DNA of 64,000 nucleotides from Nitrospirales bacterium (GTDB lineage: Bacteria > Nitrospirota > Nitrospiria > Nitrospirales > UBA8639): assembly GCA_965223295.1 (NCBI GenBank), contig CBDCWC010000003.1:704001-768000 (forward strand), read 5' to 3'. Below, piece by piece: positions 50,233-60,253 of this stretch. The notes beneath the pieces are model-generated. The model was not told where the DNA came from. It worked only from the letters and a program-made list of their open reading frames with translations, and searched no databases. How positions within the stretch are numbered: the stretch's first letter is position 1; every line of letters begins with the position of its first letter. Position numbers and translations under genes: made by a program.

Positions 50233-50353
50233 GCCAACAGACCAGCCGGAGTATCCAATAAGTTGACTCTACATAATTAGTGTCTATCTTATAGGGGAAC
50301 ACAGATTCAAAAATCCTCGTCATCCGATACTTTTACAGGTCAACTCCCAACCC

Positions 50354-52786
50354 ATGGATACATCTACACAAGAAATCGAACTGATTGTTTCCCTCCCCCT
50401 CGTTCCAGTCAAACGGACCGTCTTATTTCCTGAAACACTCGTTCCGTTCACCATCGGCCGCACACGCTCTATGGCCGCAGTTGAGGCGGCCATGGATACC
50501 GAAGAAAAAGCCCTCTTAATGGTGACTCAGCGTGATTCTGAAAAAGAAGAGCCTGGCTTTGAAGATCTTTTTTTGATCGGCACAAAAGCCGTGATCAAAC
50601 AAATGGGGAAAACGTCTGATGGACATCTCCAAGTGCTGGCTCAGGGGATTGAGCGAATGGTGCTCTTGAAATTGGAACAAGCAGAACCTCACATGATGGT
50701 TCGAGCCCGACGTCTGCCTATCATTGTCGAATCCGACCCCGAGCTAGAAGCCCTGCATCGCGAATTGCTCAATTTGATCGGACAATTGCCGGAATTACTC
50801 ACGACTCAAGGAGTCACGGAACTGGTGTCTGTCCTGCGCGCTGAAAAAGACCCCTTGTTGGTGGCCTATCGCCTCGTCTCACTCCTCAACCTCAACGTGG
50901 AACGACTCCAAGCGCTTCTCGAACAATCTGATCCGAAAGAAGTTCTCCGTAAGGTTTACGGAGCTTTGTCCCACGAGCTGCACATTCTAAAGCTGCGTCA
51001 TGAGATTGCCAGCCAGGCCCAAGCCGAAATCGGCAAATCTCAGCGCGAATATTTTCTTCGGCAACAACTGAAAGAAATCCAACAAGAACTTGGCGATTTA
51101 GAAACCGATGCCCTGGATGGAGACATTAGTGAATTAAAGACCCGAATTGATGAAGCGGATCTTCCAGAAGCTGTTAAAAAAGAAGCCGCACGAGAATTGA
51201 AACGTCTAGTCAAATTGCCCCCAGCCGCACCCGATCATCAAGTGATTCGAAGTTATCTTGAATTGGTCCTGGAATTACCCTGGAACACGGTAACAGAAGA
51301 TCATTTGGACCTGGGACATGTGCGGGCTGTTTTGGATGAAGACCATTACGGCATTCAAGATGTGAAAGAACGGATCCTGGAACATCTGGCTGTCTTAAAA
51401 TTGAATCCGGCAGCCAAATCCCCCATTCTTTGTTTGGTGGGACCTCCTGGTGTCGGAAAAACCAGCCTCGGGCAATCCATCGCACGGGCATTGGGACGAA
51501 AGTTTGAACGCCTAAGTTTAGGCGGTCTTCACGATGAAGCAGAACTGCGCGGACACCGGCGAACCTATGTTGGCGCCATGCCCGGCCGTCTCATTCAAGC
51601 CCTTCGACGGGCCGGGGCCAAAAATCCGATTTTAATGTTGGACGAAGTGGATAAAGTCGGGCAAGACTTTCGCGGCGATCCTGCCTCTGCGTTACTGGAA
51701 ATATTGGACCCCGAACAAAACCATACGTTCCGAGACAATTACTTAGATCTGCCGTTTGATCTCTCCAAAGTCATGTTTATCACGACGGCTAATTCTTTGG
51801 ACACCATTTCCGGTCCTCTCCGAGATCGCATGGAAATCATTCGTTTGGCGGGATACAGCCACCAGGAAAAGTTGGAAATTGCCAACCGATATTTGTGGCC
51901 CCGCCGCCTGGAAGATGCTGGGCTCCATGATAAACCTCTGACGTTAGAATCCGACGTGATCCCCCATATTATAAAACGCTACACTCGTGAAGCCGGGGTA
52001 CGTCAGTTAGAACAGATGCTGGGAAAACTCACGAGAAAAGTAGCCTTACGCCTCGCAGATACAGGTTCCGAGGGACCTGCCACGCAACTGGCTATTCGAC
52101 CTGAGGAACTTTCTGATTGGTTAGGTATCGAAAAGTTCATGCCAGAAGAGGCCAGACAAACATTACCTCTCGGTGTTGCCACGGGCTTAGCATGGACTGA
52201 AGCTGGCGGTGATGTCCTGTATGTAGAAAGTACGTTACTCCCCGGTGGAAGCGATCTGACAATTACCGGACAGCTTGGTGAAGTTATGCAGGAATCAGCA
52301 CAAGCCGCACGAAGTTATCTGTGGTCGCGAGCCGAAAGTTTCGGATTAGATATCGCCATTTTTAAACGTAATGGTATGCACATTCATGTACCGGAAGGTG
52401 CCATTCCCAAAGATGGACCGTCTGCCGGCGTCACCATGGCCAGCGCCATGGCTTCTCTCTTGTTACGAATTCCGGTACGAAAAGACACGGCAATGACCGG
52501 GGAAATTAGTTTAAGTGGACTCGTCCTCCCCGTCGGGGGCATCAAAGAAAAGCTCTTGGCGGCACACCGCTTGGGATTGCGGCGCATCATGCTACCGAAA
52601 GCCAACGAGAAAGATCTTCCGGATGTCCCCGAAGCAGTCCGGAGCGAACTGTCCCTGATATTTGTTGAAACGATTGAAGAAGCCCTGGAAACGGTGCTAA
52701 CGAAGCCCGTTCTCACAAACAGTGGAACCAAACCCATTCAGCCTACCCAACCTCCACCACAAACGAATAACCCTGTCATGCACTAA
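50354..52786 (+). CDS. lon: ATP-dependent Lon protease
   Basis: LON N-domain, [29 protein letters not shown]. Confidence 0.96.
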   Translation: MDTSTQEIELIVSLPLVPVKRTVLFPETLVPFTIGRTRSMAAVEAAMDTEEKALLMVTQRDSEKEEPGFEDLFLIGTKAVIKQMGKTSDGHLQVLAQGIERMVLLKLEQAEPHMMVRARRLPIIVESDPELEALHRELLNLIGQLPELLTTQGVTELVSVLRAEKDPLLVAYRLVSLLNLNVERLQALLEQSDPKEVLRKVYGALSHELHILKLRHEIASQAQAEIGKSQREYFLRQQLKEIQQELGDLETDALDGDISELKTRIDEADLPEAVKKEAARELKRLVKLPPAAPDHQVIRSYLELVLELPWNTVTEDHLDLGHVRAVLDEDHYGIQDVKERILEHLAVLKLNPAAKSPILCLVGPPGVGKTSLGQSIARALGRKFERLSLGGLHDEAELRGHRRTYVGAMPGRLIQALRRAGAKNPILMLDEVDKVGQDFRGDPASALLEILDPEQNHTFRDNYLDLPFDLSKVMFITTANSLDTISGPLRDRMEIIRLAGYSHQEKLEIANRYLWPRRLEDAGLHDKPLTLESDVIPHIIKRYTREAGVRQLEQMLGKLTRKVALRLADTGSEGPATQLAIRPEELSDWLGIEKFMPEEARQTLPLGVATGLAWTEAGGDVLYVESTLLPGGSDLTITGQLGEVMQESAQAARSYLWSRAESFGLDIAIFKRNGMHIHVPEGAIPKDGPSAGVTMASAMASLLLRIPVRKDTAMTGEISLSGLVLPVGGIKEKLLAAHRLGLRRIMLPKANEKDLPDVPEAVRSELSLIFVETIEEALETVLTKPVLTNSGTKPIQPTQPPPQTNNPVMH

Positions 52787-52807
52787 TCTCAACTAAGGCC
52801 TCTACTT

Positions 52808-53260
52808 TTATTGGGCCAATTGAAAAACGGAAGGCCGCCTCATACTGAACTGTCCGCCTGCCTGAAGTGGCTCACGATCTTTGCCAATACGGGTATACCA
52901 CCATTTCCCTTGGGCCACCGGGGAACCCTCTGAAAAAGTGAGTGTAAACCCGCCTTCACGGTCATTTCCCTCCTGCACCCAGATACCACGCCACACACCA
53001 TTGCGCAAAGACTGGGTTTCAAACCGGCCTTTTTCCCATTCATATGTGCCTTTACCCTCATCGTCAAAAATGATGGTATAGATACCCGTTTTATCCACAT
53101 ATTCCCATGGCCCGGCTAAATCCTGAATCATATGCGGGAGGGAGAACCTGCTTTGACGATTGCTCGAATTCTGAGAAACATCATGAGAAATTGCCGTACA
53201 GCCAACAACTGCTAACATCCAGCAAGTCATCAACCATTGAGCTTTACCATTTGTACCCAT
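52808..53260 (-). CDS. Putative lipoprotein with small beta-barrel-like domain
   Basis: VVGC lipobox; Trp/Gly-rich beta strands. Confidence 0.65.
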   Translation of the reverse strand: MGTNGKAQWLMTCWMLAVVGCTAISHDVSQNSSNRQSRFSLPHMIQDLAGPWEYVDKTGIYTIIFDDEGKGTYEWEKGRFETQSLRNGVWRGIWVQEGNDREGGFTLTFSEGSPVAQGKWWYTRIGKDREPLQAGGQFSMRRPSVFQLAQ

Positions 53261-53401
53261 AAGACTCTCTGCGAACTAATTCCTAGAAACTTTGAGTGCA
53301 GCCTCTCCAGCAGTCTTTTGAAAAAACCAAAAACTCTTGACCTAAAAGCTCCAGGATGAATCTCATGATTGTATCAAATGCAACCGAAAGAGGAAGGGAA
53401 T

Positions 53402-54721
53402 ATGTTTTCTTCTATCTGGAAATCTGCGGTTCCCGAAGGAAAAATCCTGGCACTTAAACCGGAAGTTCCCATTCTGATTTGCCAGCAATGCCATGCCGTG
53501 AGGCATGAGGGAGACACCTGTCCCAACTGTGGGACCCTCTATCCTCTACTAGACCAAGACCTACCAGACCCCTCGAAGGCAACGCTGCAAGAATCCGGGC
53601 TCGCGCCAACATCTGATAACAATGGCTCTGCAAGACCGCTACAACATGAATCACACTCATTCTTTTCGCGAAGGTACCATCCAATTTTTTGGGGTCGTGG
53701 ACAAACCCTCTTGGGGATCTTTATCGTCAATACCTTTTATACGCTCCTCACCTTAGGGATGTATTCATTCTGGGGCCGCGTCCGTATTCGTCAGTATCTA
53801 AATAGTCAAACCAGCTTAGCCAAAATCAGATTTTCCTATCATGGGACTGGAATGGAGTTACTGAAAGGGGCCACTAAAGCCTTAGTCATCTTTGGCATCC
53901 CCTATGCTTTTCTCAGCTTTGTGCCCATCATCTGGGAACACATTCCATCTTGGATTCCCAATACCTTGGCAGGCTGTATGGTCCTCTGCTTTGTGCCCAT
54001 TGCTGTGGTGGGTTCACATCGCTACCGCCTCAGTCGCACTGCGTTTGGAACCATTCGCTTTTCGTTTCGTGGCCGTGTGAAGCGATATATGAAGATCTGG
54101 TTCACGGGAACCTTCCTAACGCTCTTAACGGCAGGGGTCTATTATCCATTTTTCGAACATGCGCGCCGGGAATTTCTCGTCTCGCATACCTACCTTGGCA
54201 ATCGCTCGTTTACCTATGAAGGAAATGGGATAGCCTTGCTGTGGATTTACGCAAAAACGCTGGGACTTGTTTGTTTGATTGTGACCGGATTGATAGCAGT
54301 CGCCGCCAAACCGGACATGCTCACCAGCATTATCCATTGGGGGCAGGAAGAATGGAGTGCGGTTTTTGTGAATCCCATATTCCTCACTGGTTTGCTAACG
54401 TTATTTTTACCTTGGTTTTATCTTCAAGCCACAAAACAAAAGTATTTCTGGAACCATTCGACATTCGATACGGCCCCATTCAAATTTACTGCCTCGACTT
54501 GGAATCTCCTTGAATTACACGTGACCAACTTTCTGATGCTCATTCTTACATTCGGCTTAGCCTGGCCTTGGGTTCAAGTTCGGAACCTTCAATATTTGTA
54601 CTATTATCTTGGACTGCAAGGCCCATTAGACCTGCAAGACATCGAGCAAGACGCACTGGACGCATCCCCCACAGGAGAAGAACTGGCCGGATATTTTGAC
54701 GCGGGATTTGATTTAGGATAA
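53402..54721 (+). CDS. YjgN/DUF898 membrane protein with N-terminal zinc ribbon
   Basis: CQQC...CPNC; repeated LTLG.Y..W.RVR, F.Y.G.G.EL, LTFGLAWPW. Confidence 0.88.
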   Translation: MFSSIWKSAVPEGKILALKPEVPILICQQCHAVRHEGDTCPNCGTLYPLLDQDLPDPSKATLQESGLAPTSDNNGSARPLQHESHSFFSRRYHPIFWGRGQTLLGIFIVNTFYTLLTLGMYSFWGRVRIRQYLNSQTSLAKIRFSYHGTGMELLKGATKALVIFGIPYAFLSFVPIIWEHIPSWIPNTLAGCMVLCFVPIAVVGSHRYRLSRTAFGTIRFSFRGRVKRYMKIWFTGTFLTLLTAGVYYPFFEHARREFLVSHTYLGNRSFTYEGNGIALLWIYAKTLGLVCLIVTGLIAVAAKPDMLTSIIHWGQEEWSAVFVNPIFLTGLLTLFLPWFYLQATKQKYFWNHSTFDTAPFKFTASTWNLLELHVTNFLMLILTFGLAWPWVQVRNLQYLYYYLGLQGPLDLQDIEQDALDASPTGEELAGYFDAGFDLG

Positions 54722-54795
54722 CTGAGCGAGCCCTGTCTCCTCACCACTACTTCCTGCTTCTTCCTTTCCACTTCTCCCTTTTGACGATTCTGTAA

Positions 54796-55920
54796 ATGGC
54801 TACTCAAACCCATTGGAAGGGCTCTTATTACGACGGGCAATCACTCGTCCCTCAACACACGTCCATTTCCGTCGAACCTACGGGACTCACTCTGCATCTT
54901 TCATCCAGCGCCTCTCATTTTTGGCCCTATTCTGAGCTTCGCCAGACACAAGGCCGGTACTCCGGAGAAGAAGTCCGTCTAGAGAGAGGAACAGGCATTG
55001 GCGAAACACTCGTAATCCCCAATGCCAATATACTCTTGGCCATTCATCGAGTCGGGGGGAAGGATGCCTCTCATTTCCATCATCCTAGCACACGCCGCAA
55101 GCGGGTCTACTGGACGATCGCAGCAGCCCTCGCTGCACTGCCAATCATTTATGTCATTTTTACTTGGGGAGTTCCCTCCTTAGCAAAACCTATCACCGCA
55201 GCCATTCCCATCTCCTGGGAAACACAATTAGGCCAATTTGTCCAGGAAGAATTTACCGATGAAGAACCGCTCTGCGAGAATCCAAAGTTGGCCGACACTT
55301 TGGACGTTATGATGACAAGACTCATGACTCCCTTAGAGACAATCCCATATTCGTTTCATCTCACTGTGGTTGATAGTTCAATGGTGAATGCCATGGCGGC
55401 TCCAGGCGGGTATCTCGTTCTGTTTCGAGGACTGCTTCAAGATACTGAAAGCCCGGAGGAATTAGCTGGAGTCTTGGCACATGAAATACAACATGTCATG
55501 TTGCGGCATAGCATGCACCTCATCGTCCGACATGTGTCCATGGCTTTTGTGATTGCCGCACTCAGCGGCGATGCCAGCGGGATGCTCTCATACGGTTTAC
55601 AAGCCGCCCAAACACTACAAACTCTGGCGTATGGTCGAGAGGCAGAGAACGAAGCCGATGAACAAGGCTTAGAACTACTTCAAAGGGCAGGAATTGATCC
55701 AAGTGGGATGATTGCGTTTTTTGACAAACTCAGCCAAGAACAAGAAGAGACCTCACCCTTTCAATACTTCTCTACGCATCCTCCAACCACTGAACGCCGT
55801 GACCATCTTCAAGAGTTAGCTTCTGCTCATTCCGTTCCCTATCAGAAATTTCCATTTGGACAAGACTGGGAAACAATCCGCGACCTCTGCAATGCTGAAC
55901 TTGGAGGAAGTAAAAAGTAA
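54796..55920 (+). CDS. M48 family zinc metallopeptidase (YjgN partner)
   Basis: VNAMAAPGG, ELAGVLAHEIQH, E.EAD, STHP. Confidence 0.92.
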   Translation: MATQTHWKGSYYDGQSLVPQHTSISVEPTGLTLHLSSSASHFWPYSELRQTQGRYSGEEVRLERGTGIGETLVIPNANILLAIHRVGGKDASHFHHPSTRRKRVYWTIAAALAALPIIYVIFTWGVPSLAKPITAAIPISWETQLGQFVQEEFTDEEPLCENPKLADTLDVMMTRLMTPLETIPYSFHLTVVDSSMVNAMAAPGGYLVLFRGLLQDTESPEELAGVLAHEIQHVMLRHSMHLIVRHVSMAFVIAALSGDASGMLSYGLQAAQTLQTLAYGREAENEADEQGLELLQRAGIDPSGMIAFFDKLSQEQEETSPFQYFSTHPPTTERRDHLQELASAHSVPYQKFPFGQDWETIRDLCNAELGGSKK

Positions 55921-56029
55921 GAAGTGGAATGAAAAAGATCCTGCAAAGACATTTTGGGCGAAGCCTATATGTTCAACATCAATCATTCTCGACAGTTTTT
56001 ATCCGGAACCCATCTTTGCACAAAGATAT

Positions 56030-56124
56030 GGGCACCTCTAAAAACTGAAGTTTTTTCTGAGGGCAAGGAAGCGGCGCGCGGCTGACGCCGCCATCGGGAA
56101 AAAGAACAGTTTTTAGAGGTGCCC
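56030..56124. mobile_element. Family B element copy B2 (internally deleted)
   Basis: GGGCACCTCTAAAAACT...AGTTTTTAGAGGTGCCC perfect TIR; ATAT direct repeats on both sides. Confidence 0.85.
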
Positions 56125-56154
56125 ATATGTCAAAAAAACTTCTAGAATCGCCTT

Positions 56155-56439
56155 CTACTTCTTTCGAAACGAAATATGCTCTTTATACTCTTCAATCGCT
56201 GCCCCTAAGGACTTCGCCCCTAACGGAATATTAGCTTCTAAGGCATCTTCGACTTCCGGATCATCGATCAACACTTCATAACACTCGTGCTGATTAGTCA
56301 GCACCATGCCCTTCTCAACTTGCCGGGGCATATAAATCTCCGTCCATACTTCTTTCTCCACTAAGCACACATCCCGAAACCGTTCATACAACAGCGCTTT
56401 ACGTTCTTCATCAGAAATAATTAGCGGGTTATTTTCCAT
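56155..56439 (-). CDS. Small acidic hypothetical protein
   Basis: SD GAAGGAG..GAGG before ATG 56439; 94 aa. Confidence 0.7.
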   Translation of the reverse strand: MENNPLIISDEERKALLYERFRDVCLVEKEVWTEIYMPRQVEKGMVLTNQHECYEVLIDDPEVEDALEANIPLGAKSLGAAIEEYKEHISFRKK

Positions 56440-56586
56440 ATCCTCTGCTCCTTCATTGATGTCGCAAAAATACAAAGGGACCGCGTCTCATCATTTTTTC
56501 ACATTGCCAAACGATCATTCAAACGATGAGTTCTCAACTCCTACCATTTTAGTGTTGATCAAAATTTCAATTCTGCAAACCAAGCA

Positions 56587-57021
56587 CTACTCTAATGGAT
56601 TCTTCACCGTCAGGCCTTTAAACTTTCGAAAGTCGGTATCGTTGCTATAAAGAACGTTCACCGCATATTGATGCAGCAATGCCACCAAATGAGCATCCGG
56701 CACCAAATTGCCCCGCACAGGAATCCCTTGAGTCACCTCCTCGTAGCAGGACAGAAATCCCTCCCCTTCCGAAAGCGTTCGCACCTGGGCGAGGCTCAAA
56801 AACATGTTGAGATTGCTCAAAGCTTTAGTCGGTGACAAAGGATAGGTGAAAATTCGAGGATGTGTCGCGATGCGACGATAGGACATCAGTGTGGAACACG
56901 TCACATAACATAATTCCGAGTCCGTGGCACATTTCTGCAAAAATGCTCCTACCATATCATGAAAAGGACTGGAACAATCGGAGGCCTAGAGAAACAGATT
57001 CACATCGAGGGAATAACTCAC
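56587..57021 (-). pseudogene. vapC: VapC PIN-domain toxin with premature TAG at codon 12
   Basis: GTG start overlaps the antitoxin TGA; VSYSLDVNLFL*ASD...PFH...RIATHP...GNLVPDAHL...LYSND.DF. Confidence 0.85.
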
Positions 57022-57263
57022 GGTAACGGCTCATCTAACACCGCATAGACCGCATCTTTATCCGCAAGATCGACTCGAGCCTGCATGGGTCGAGAAACCC
57101 AAGTCCAAGTCAAATCAGGATCGGGTTGGGGCCGTTTCCGTTGTACCAGGGCTTCTGCCAATAATTGAGAGACAAGCTGTCCCAGCGAACGATGTTCCTG
57201 TTTTTGAAGGTTTTTAAGTTCCTCAAGGATAGGCGTATCAATATCAAGAGTTGCTCTAGCCAT
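57018..57263 (-). CDS. vapB: VapB-type ribbon-helix-helix antitoxin
   Basis: MARATLDID..ILEELK......RSLG.LVS.LL..AL; coupled to the PIN gene. Confidence 0.82.
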   Translation of the reverse strand: MARATLDIDTPILEELKNLQKQEHRSLGQLVSQLLAEALVQRKRPQPDPDLTWTWVSRPMQARVDLADKDAVYAVLDEPLP

Positions 57264-57336
57264 GATGCGTTGATGCTAAAATAGCATACATCAGATGTCA
57301 ATTTTATGTGTCGGCCGTCCCTATTCTTTCCCATAG

Positions 57337-57517
57337 GGATCTGTTGAAAAAAGCCGCCAGCGGCGTTCTCGCCATTTTTCCGTGCTCACGTAGTACCAGG
57401 ACGCTCCGCGCGCAAAAACGGCTGCGGCCTTGCTGGACCGATTTTTTGAACAGCTCCGAGGCTTTCGGCTTCCTAAAGAATATATGGCCTTTAATATCTT
57501 CATTATTCAACACTTCC
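57337..57517 (+). mobile_element. Family A element copy 8 (extension type I, shorter)
   Basis: Flanks CATAG/TATAG (one mismatch). Confidence 0.88.
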
Positions 57518-57533
57518 TATAGAGACAGGAATT

Positions 57534-58172
57534 TTATTTGCCAAAGACTTCAACCCAAGGATCCTTTCCAAGAACCCACAAATAAAAAAACGTCCCCAGC
57601 CATCCATGATACAGACCTAACGGCCATAAATTCCGATCACGCAGATAGCATGGGATAAATAAACAGGCCATGATTGCAGTTGCCACCATCAACATCCATC
57701 CATCGGGATAATGCACCACAGAAAAGAGAACAACCCCAACCGGCAGCGCTACTATCCAACCCTGACTTGGAAAGATTGCCTTAAGATTGGCCACACCAAG
57801 CGCCTGCACCAAAAATTGTTGAAGGATTCCCCATAGAGGATAGAGCAGCAAGAGCACAAGCATATGTTGTGGCCACAGAACGCGACCATGGGCCCACCCA
57901 TACCACGCCATCAGACTGACCCCCAAGACAAACATCACCGTGGGCCAGAAAAACGCAGACGAAAGATTGTCAGTCCGAAACCCCCAACACACCCACAGAC
58001 TTGAATCCTGCCGCACCCGCCAGTTTACATAGCCAATCCAACTGAGGCTCGCCGCCCCAATAAACAGTCCCTTGGCCCCAAAACTCTGAAACACCAAAAA
58101 GCAACCACCCGTCGCGGCCACCGCCGCCACTTCAAGCCACCGTAGCTGATCTCTCTGAAGTTGCCCAACCAT
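57534..58172 (-). CDS. CPBP/Abi-like intramembrane protein
   Basis: Multi-TM; WG..QQF, LFSVVH.P, R.RNLWPLG.YH. Confidence 0.75.
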   Translation of the reverse strand: MVGQLQRDQLRWLEVAAVAATGGCFLVFQSFGAKGLFIGAASLSWIGYVNWRVRQDSSLWVCWGFRTDNLSSAFFWPTVMFVLGVSLMAWYGWAHGRVLWPQHMLVLLLLYPLWGILQQFLVQALGVANLKAIFPSQGWIVALPVGVVLFSVVHYPDGWMLMVATAIMACLFIPCYLRDRNLWPLGLYHGWLGTFFYLWVLGKDPWVEVFGK

Positions 58173-58250
58173 GGATATCCCAGCTTCTTCTTAAATCTAA
58201 AAGTATAGCAAGGTTTTCTCAGACATTCCGACTGACCAAGAACTTCACAC

Positions 58251-58280
58251 AAAAAAAGGGCGCCAAACTTAGGGCCCTTT
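58251..58280 (-). terminator. Intrinsic terminator
   Basis: Minus strand AAAGGGCCC...GGCGCCCTTTTTTT. Confidence 0.6.
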
Positions 58281-58409
58281 CACCGCTTCTACATCCAAGC
58301 CTAACCGACCGAGCTAGATTACCATTTAAAGTTCTTGCATGAGACTTCTACTGTTGCCAACCGGGCCTGGTTTGTCAGCCAGACCCGGTCCACACACAAG
58401 GACAAATCA

Positions 58410-59081
58410 TTATTCCGTCATACAGACATCATCGATGAGAAGTTGGCTGCTTCGCCCAAATGAAAAACTTCCGATGCCTCTATTCGGCAACGCGGGAATG
58501 ACAGGATCAGAGCTCAGCGTCACCATACCACGGACCCAGTAAGAGTTATCTCTCGGATCCACAACCCCACCGACCGCAATTCGTACTCGCCCTCCGGCTG
58601 GAGGAGGATTACCAAGATACTCTCCATCCAAAGTAGACAATTGTCCTCTCCAAATGCGCCGTTGTCCATTGACGCTAAAATTCCATAATTGTTGATCAGC
58701 GATCCCGGTGTTTTCGGCGAACTTCATGGTCACAGACGACATTCGAGTGTTTGGCACAACTTCAATGGTTATTCCGCCGTAATTCTTCAATGAGGGGGTT
58801 TCCCCCTGCCTAGGAATGGGGACATTCCTATAAGTCTGTACCCCATTTTCGCTCGGTTGCATCGGATCACCATTTTCATTAAACACTTTTAGAAGGTTAA
58901 TATCCCCGTGCTGTGTGGAGATCGTCTGCCCTTCCTCGTAGACCTCATCCGGCAGATTACTGAAATCGTAGCAGTATGTCTCCGCGTGGCTCACCGCACT
59001 ACTAAGAGCTAAGACCATAGCTCCCATAACGGCCACCCTAGGACTCATGCTGGTTGTTTGTTTTTGACTAAAGCTTTTCAT
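58410..59081 (-). CDS. Secreted hypothetical protein
   Basis: AAGGAGG SD; signal peptide ending SHA; Cys near both termini of the mature part. Confidence 0.75.
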   Translation of the reverse strand: MKSFSQKQTTSMSPRVAVMGAMVLALSSAVSHAETYCYDFSNLPDEVYEEGQTISTQHGDINLLKVFNENGDPMQPSENGVQTYRNVPIPRQGETPSLKNYGGITIEVVPNTRMSSVTMKFAENTGIADQQLWNFSVNGQRRIWRGQLSTLDGEYLGNPPPAGGRVRIAVGGVVDPRDNSYWVRGMVTLSSDPVIPALPNRGIGSFSFGRSSQLLIDDVCMTE

Positions 59082-59225
59082 GATAGAACCTCCTTGTCTT
59101 CCTTGCCCTATGGTCATCAGTCGCCAGACTCCGAGCAAGGTCTAGTGCCTAGCGACTCGTGAATGAAGAGAGCATGAGAAAACTCTTTTTGTACTCAGTC
59201 AGTCTTTGTAGAGTTTTTCCAAATC

Positions 59226-59690
59226 TCAGTTTTTAATATTAATTTGAATAGTCTCACCAGATTTAAGCTTCACAGCATCGCGCCGAACCCATTTCTTGCT
59301 TGATCCGTCCAAGTACCGGATCCTGAAGTCAACCTTTCCAGTCCAACAAGGCAATTTCAGCTCAACACCCTGCTTCGAGTGAGACGCTGATCCCGAATCT
59401 TTTGGATCTAAGACTGTATCGATCATTCCTTTCATTGGTCCCCACACATTCAGGCCAGATTTACTGGCTCCACTATCTGAAGCATCTATTGCGACTGCGT
59501 TCTTAGTGTGGTTATTAAGCCGAACATTCAGGTCGCACCCTGGACCTGCACTAGCTTGCCCAGCAAAGGTCATGCTGGCACACAAGGACAAACTTAACAG
59601 ACCTAAAACTTGCCACCTTCGAGATCTCCTTGTGCAACTCGAAAGCTGAAGGCTTTTTGAACCTGATAGATGTTGAATTAATGAACTCAT
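59226..59690 (-). CDS. Secreted hypothetical protein
   Basis: GGAGGT SD; signal peptide ending ASA; mature part with two Cys. Confidence 0.7.
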   Translation of the reverse strand: MSSLIQHLSGSKSLQLSSCTRRSRRWQVLGLLSLSLCASMTFAGQASAGPGCDLNVRLNNHTKNAVAIDASDSGASKSGLNVWGPMKGMIDTVLDPKDSGSASHSKQGVELKLPCWTGKVDFRIRYLDGSSKKWVRRDAVKLKSGETIQINIKN

Positions 59691-59890
59691 GACAGCACCT
59701 CCATATATCTGTCCGATTATTTGTAAAACTTGATGAGGCGTCGGACAGAAAACACGCACCATCAATTCATCATGTACATTTCAAAAAACTTTTTGAAAGA
59801 ACCATGATTGGTATTGCTATTACTCACAATATTCGCAATACCCTTTCTCTAAATTCACTCTAGATACCAAGAGATAGCAACATAAGAGAT

Positions 59891-59906
59891 AGCAACATGG
59901 ATGCCG
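59891..59906 (-). promoter_or_regulatory. Putative sigma-54 (-24/-12) promoter
   Basis: Minus strand CGGCATCCATGTTGCT = GG-N10-GC. Confidence 0.6.
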
Positions 59907-60050
59907 TCATGAGCCTCCTCACGTACAAGAGGACCCAAAGAGTTTGAACCTATTAATTTTTAAGAAAATTTAGAGAAAGTTGGGGAAAAGAAAAGGAACA
60001 GATCAGCACGTTGATCGACCTATTTCGTGACAACGCGATCAATCAGGAGG

Positions 60051-60067
60051 TGCCTCAATTTGAGACA
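60051..60067. promoter_or_regulatory. Putative enhancer (bEBP binding) palindrome
   Basis: TGCCTCA-ATT-TGAGACA about 145 bp upstream of the -24 box. Confidence 0.45.
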
Positions 60068-60253
60068 GTCAAAGCCCAACAGCTAATTAATCAGGAAGTG
60101 GAAATGTGAGATAATGAAAAGCCTGACAACAAGCCTGATTAATTCGAATAGTTGGACATGAAATTAGGACCGGACTCCAGGCGAACCTAGGAAACCCACG
60201 TGAGAACGCATGGACTTCAGACGACATCCATGAATGTTCAGAGGACAGGACAT

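Noticed and set aside
56986-56988. TAG in vapC as pyrrolysine or programmed readthrough
   Set aside because: It is one base from a Tyr codon at a position that is normally Tyr, TAG is used as a normal stop elsewhere in the window, and no pyl genes are present.
8413-57517. Family A repeats as a CRISPR array, integron attC sites or tRNA-like genes
   Set aside because: Copies are dispersed singly with target duplications; there is no repeat-spacer periodicity, no cas or integrase gene, and no cloverleaf.
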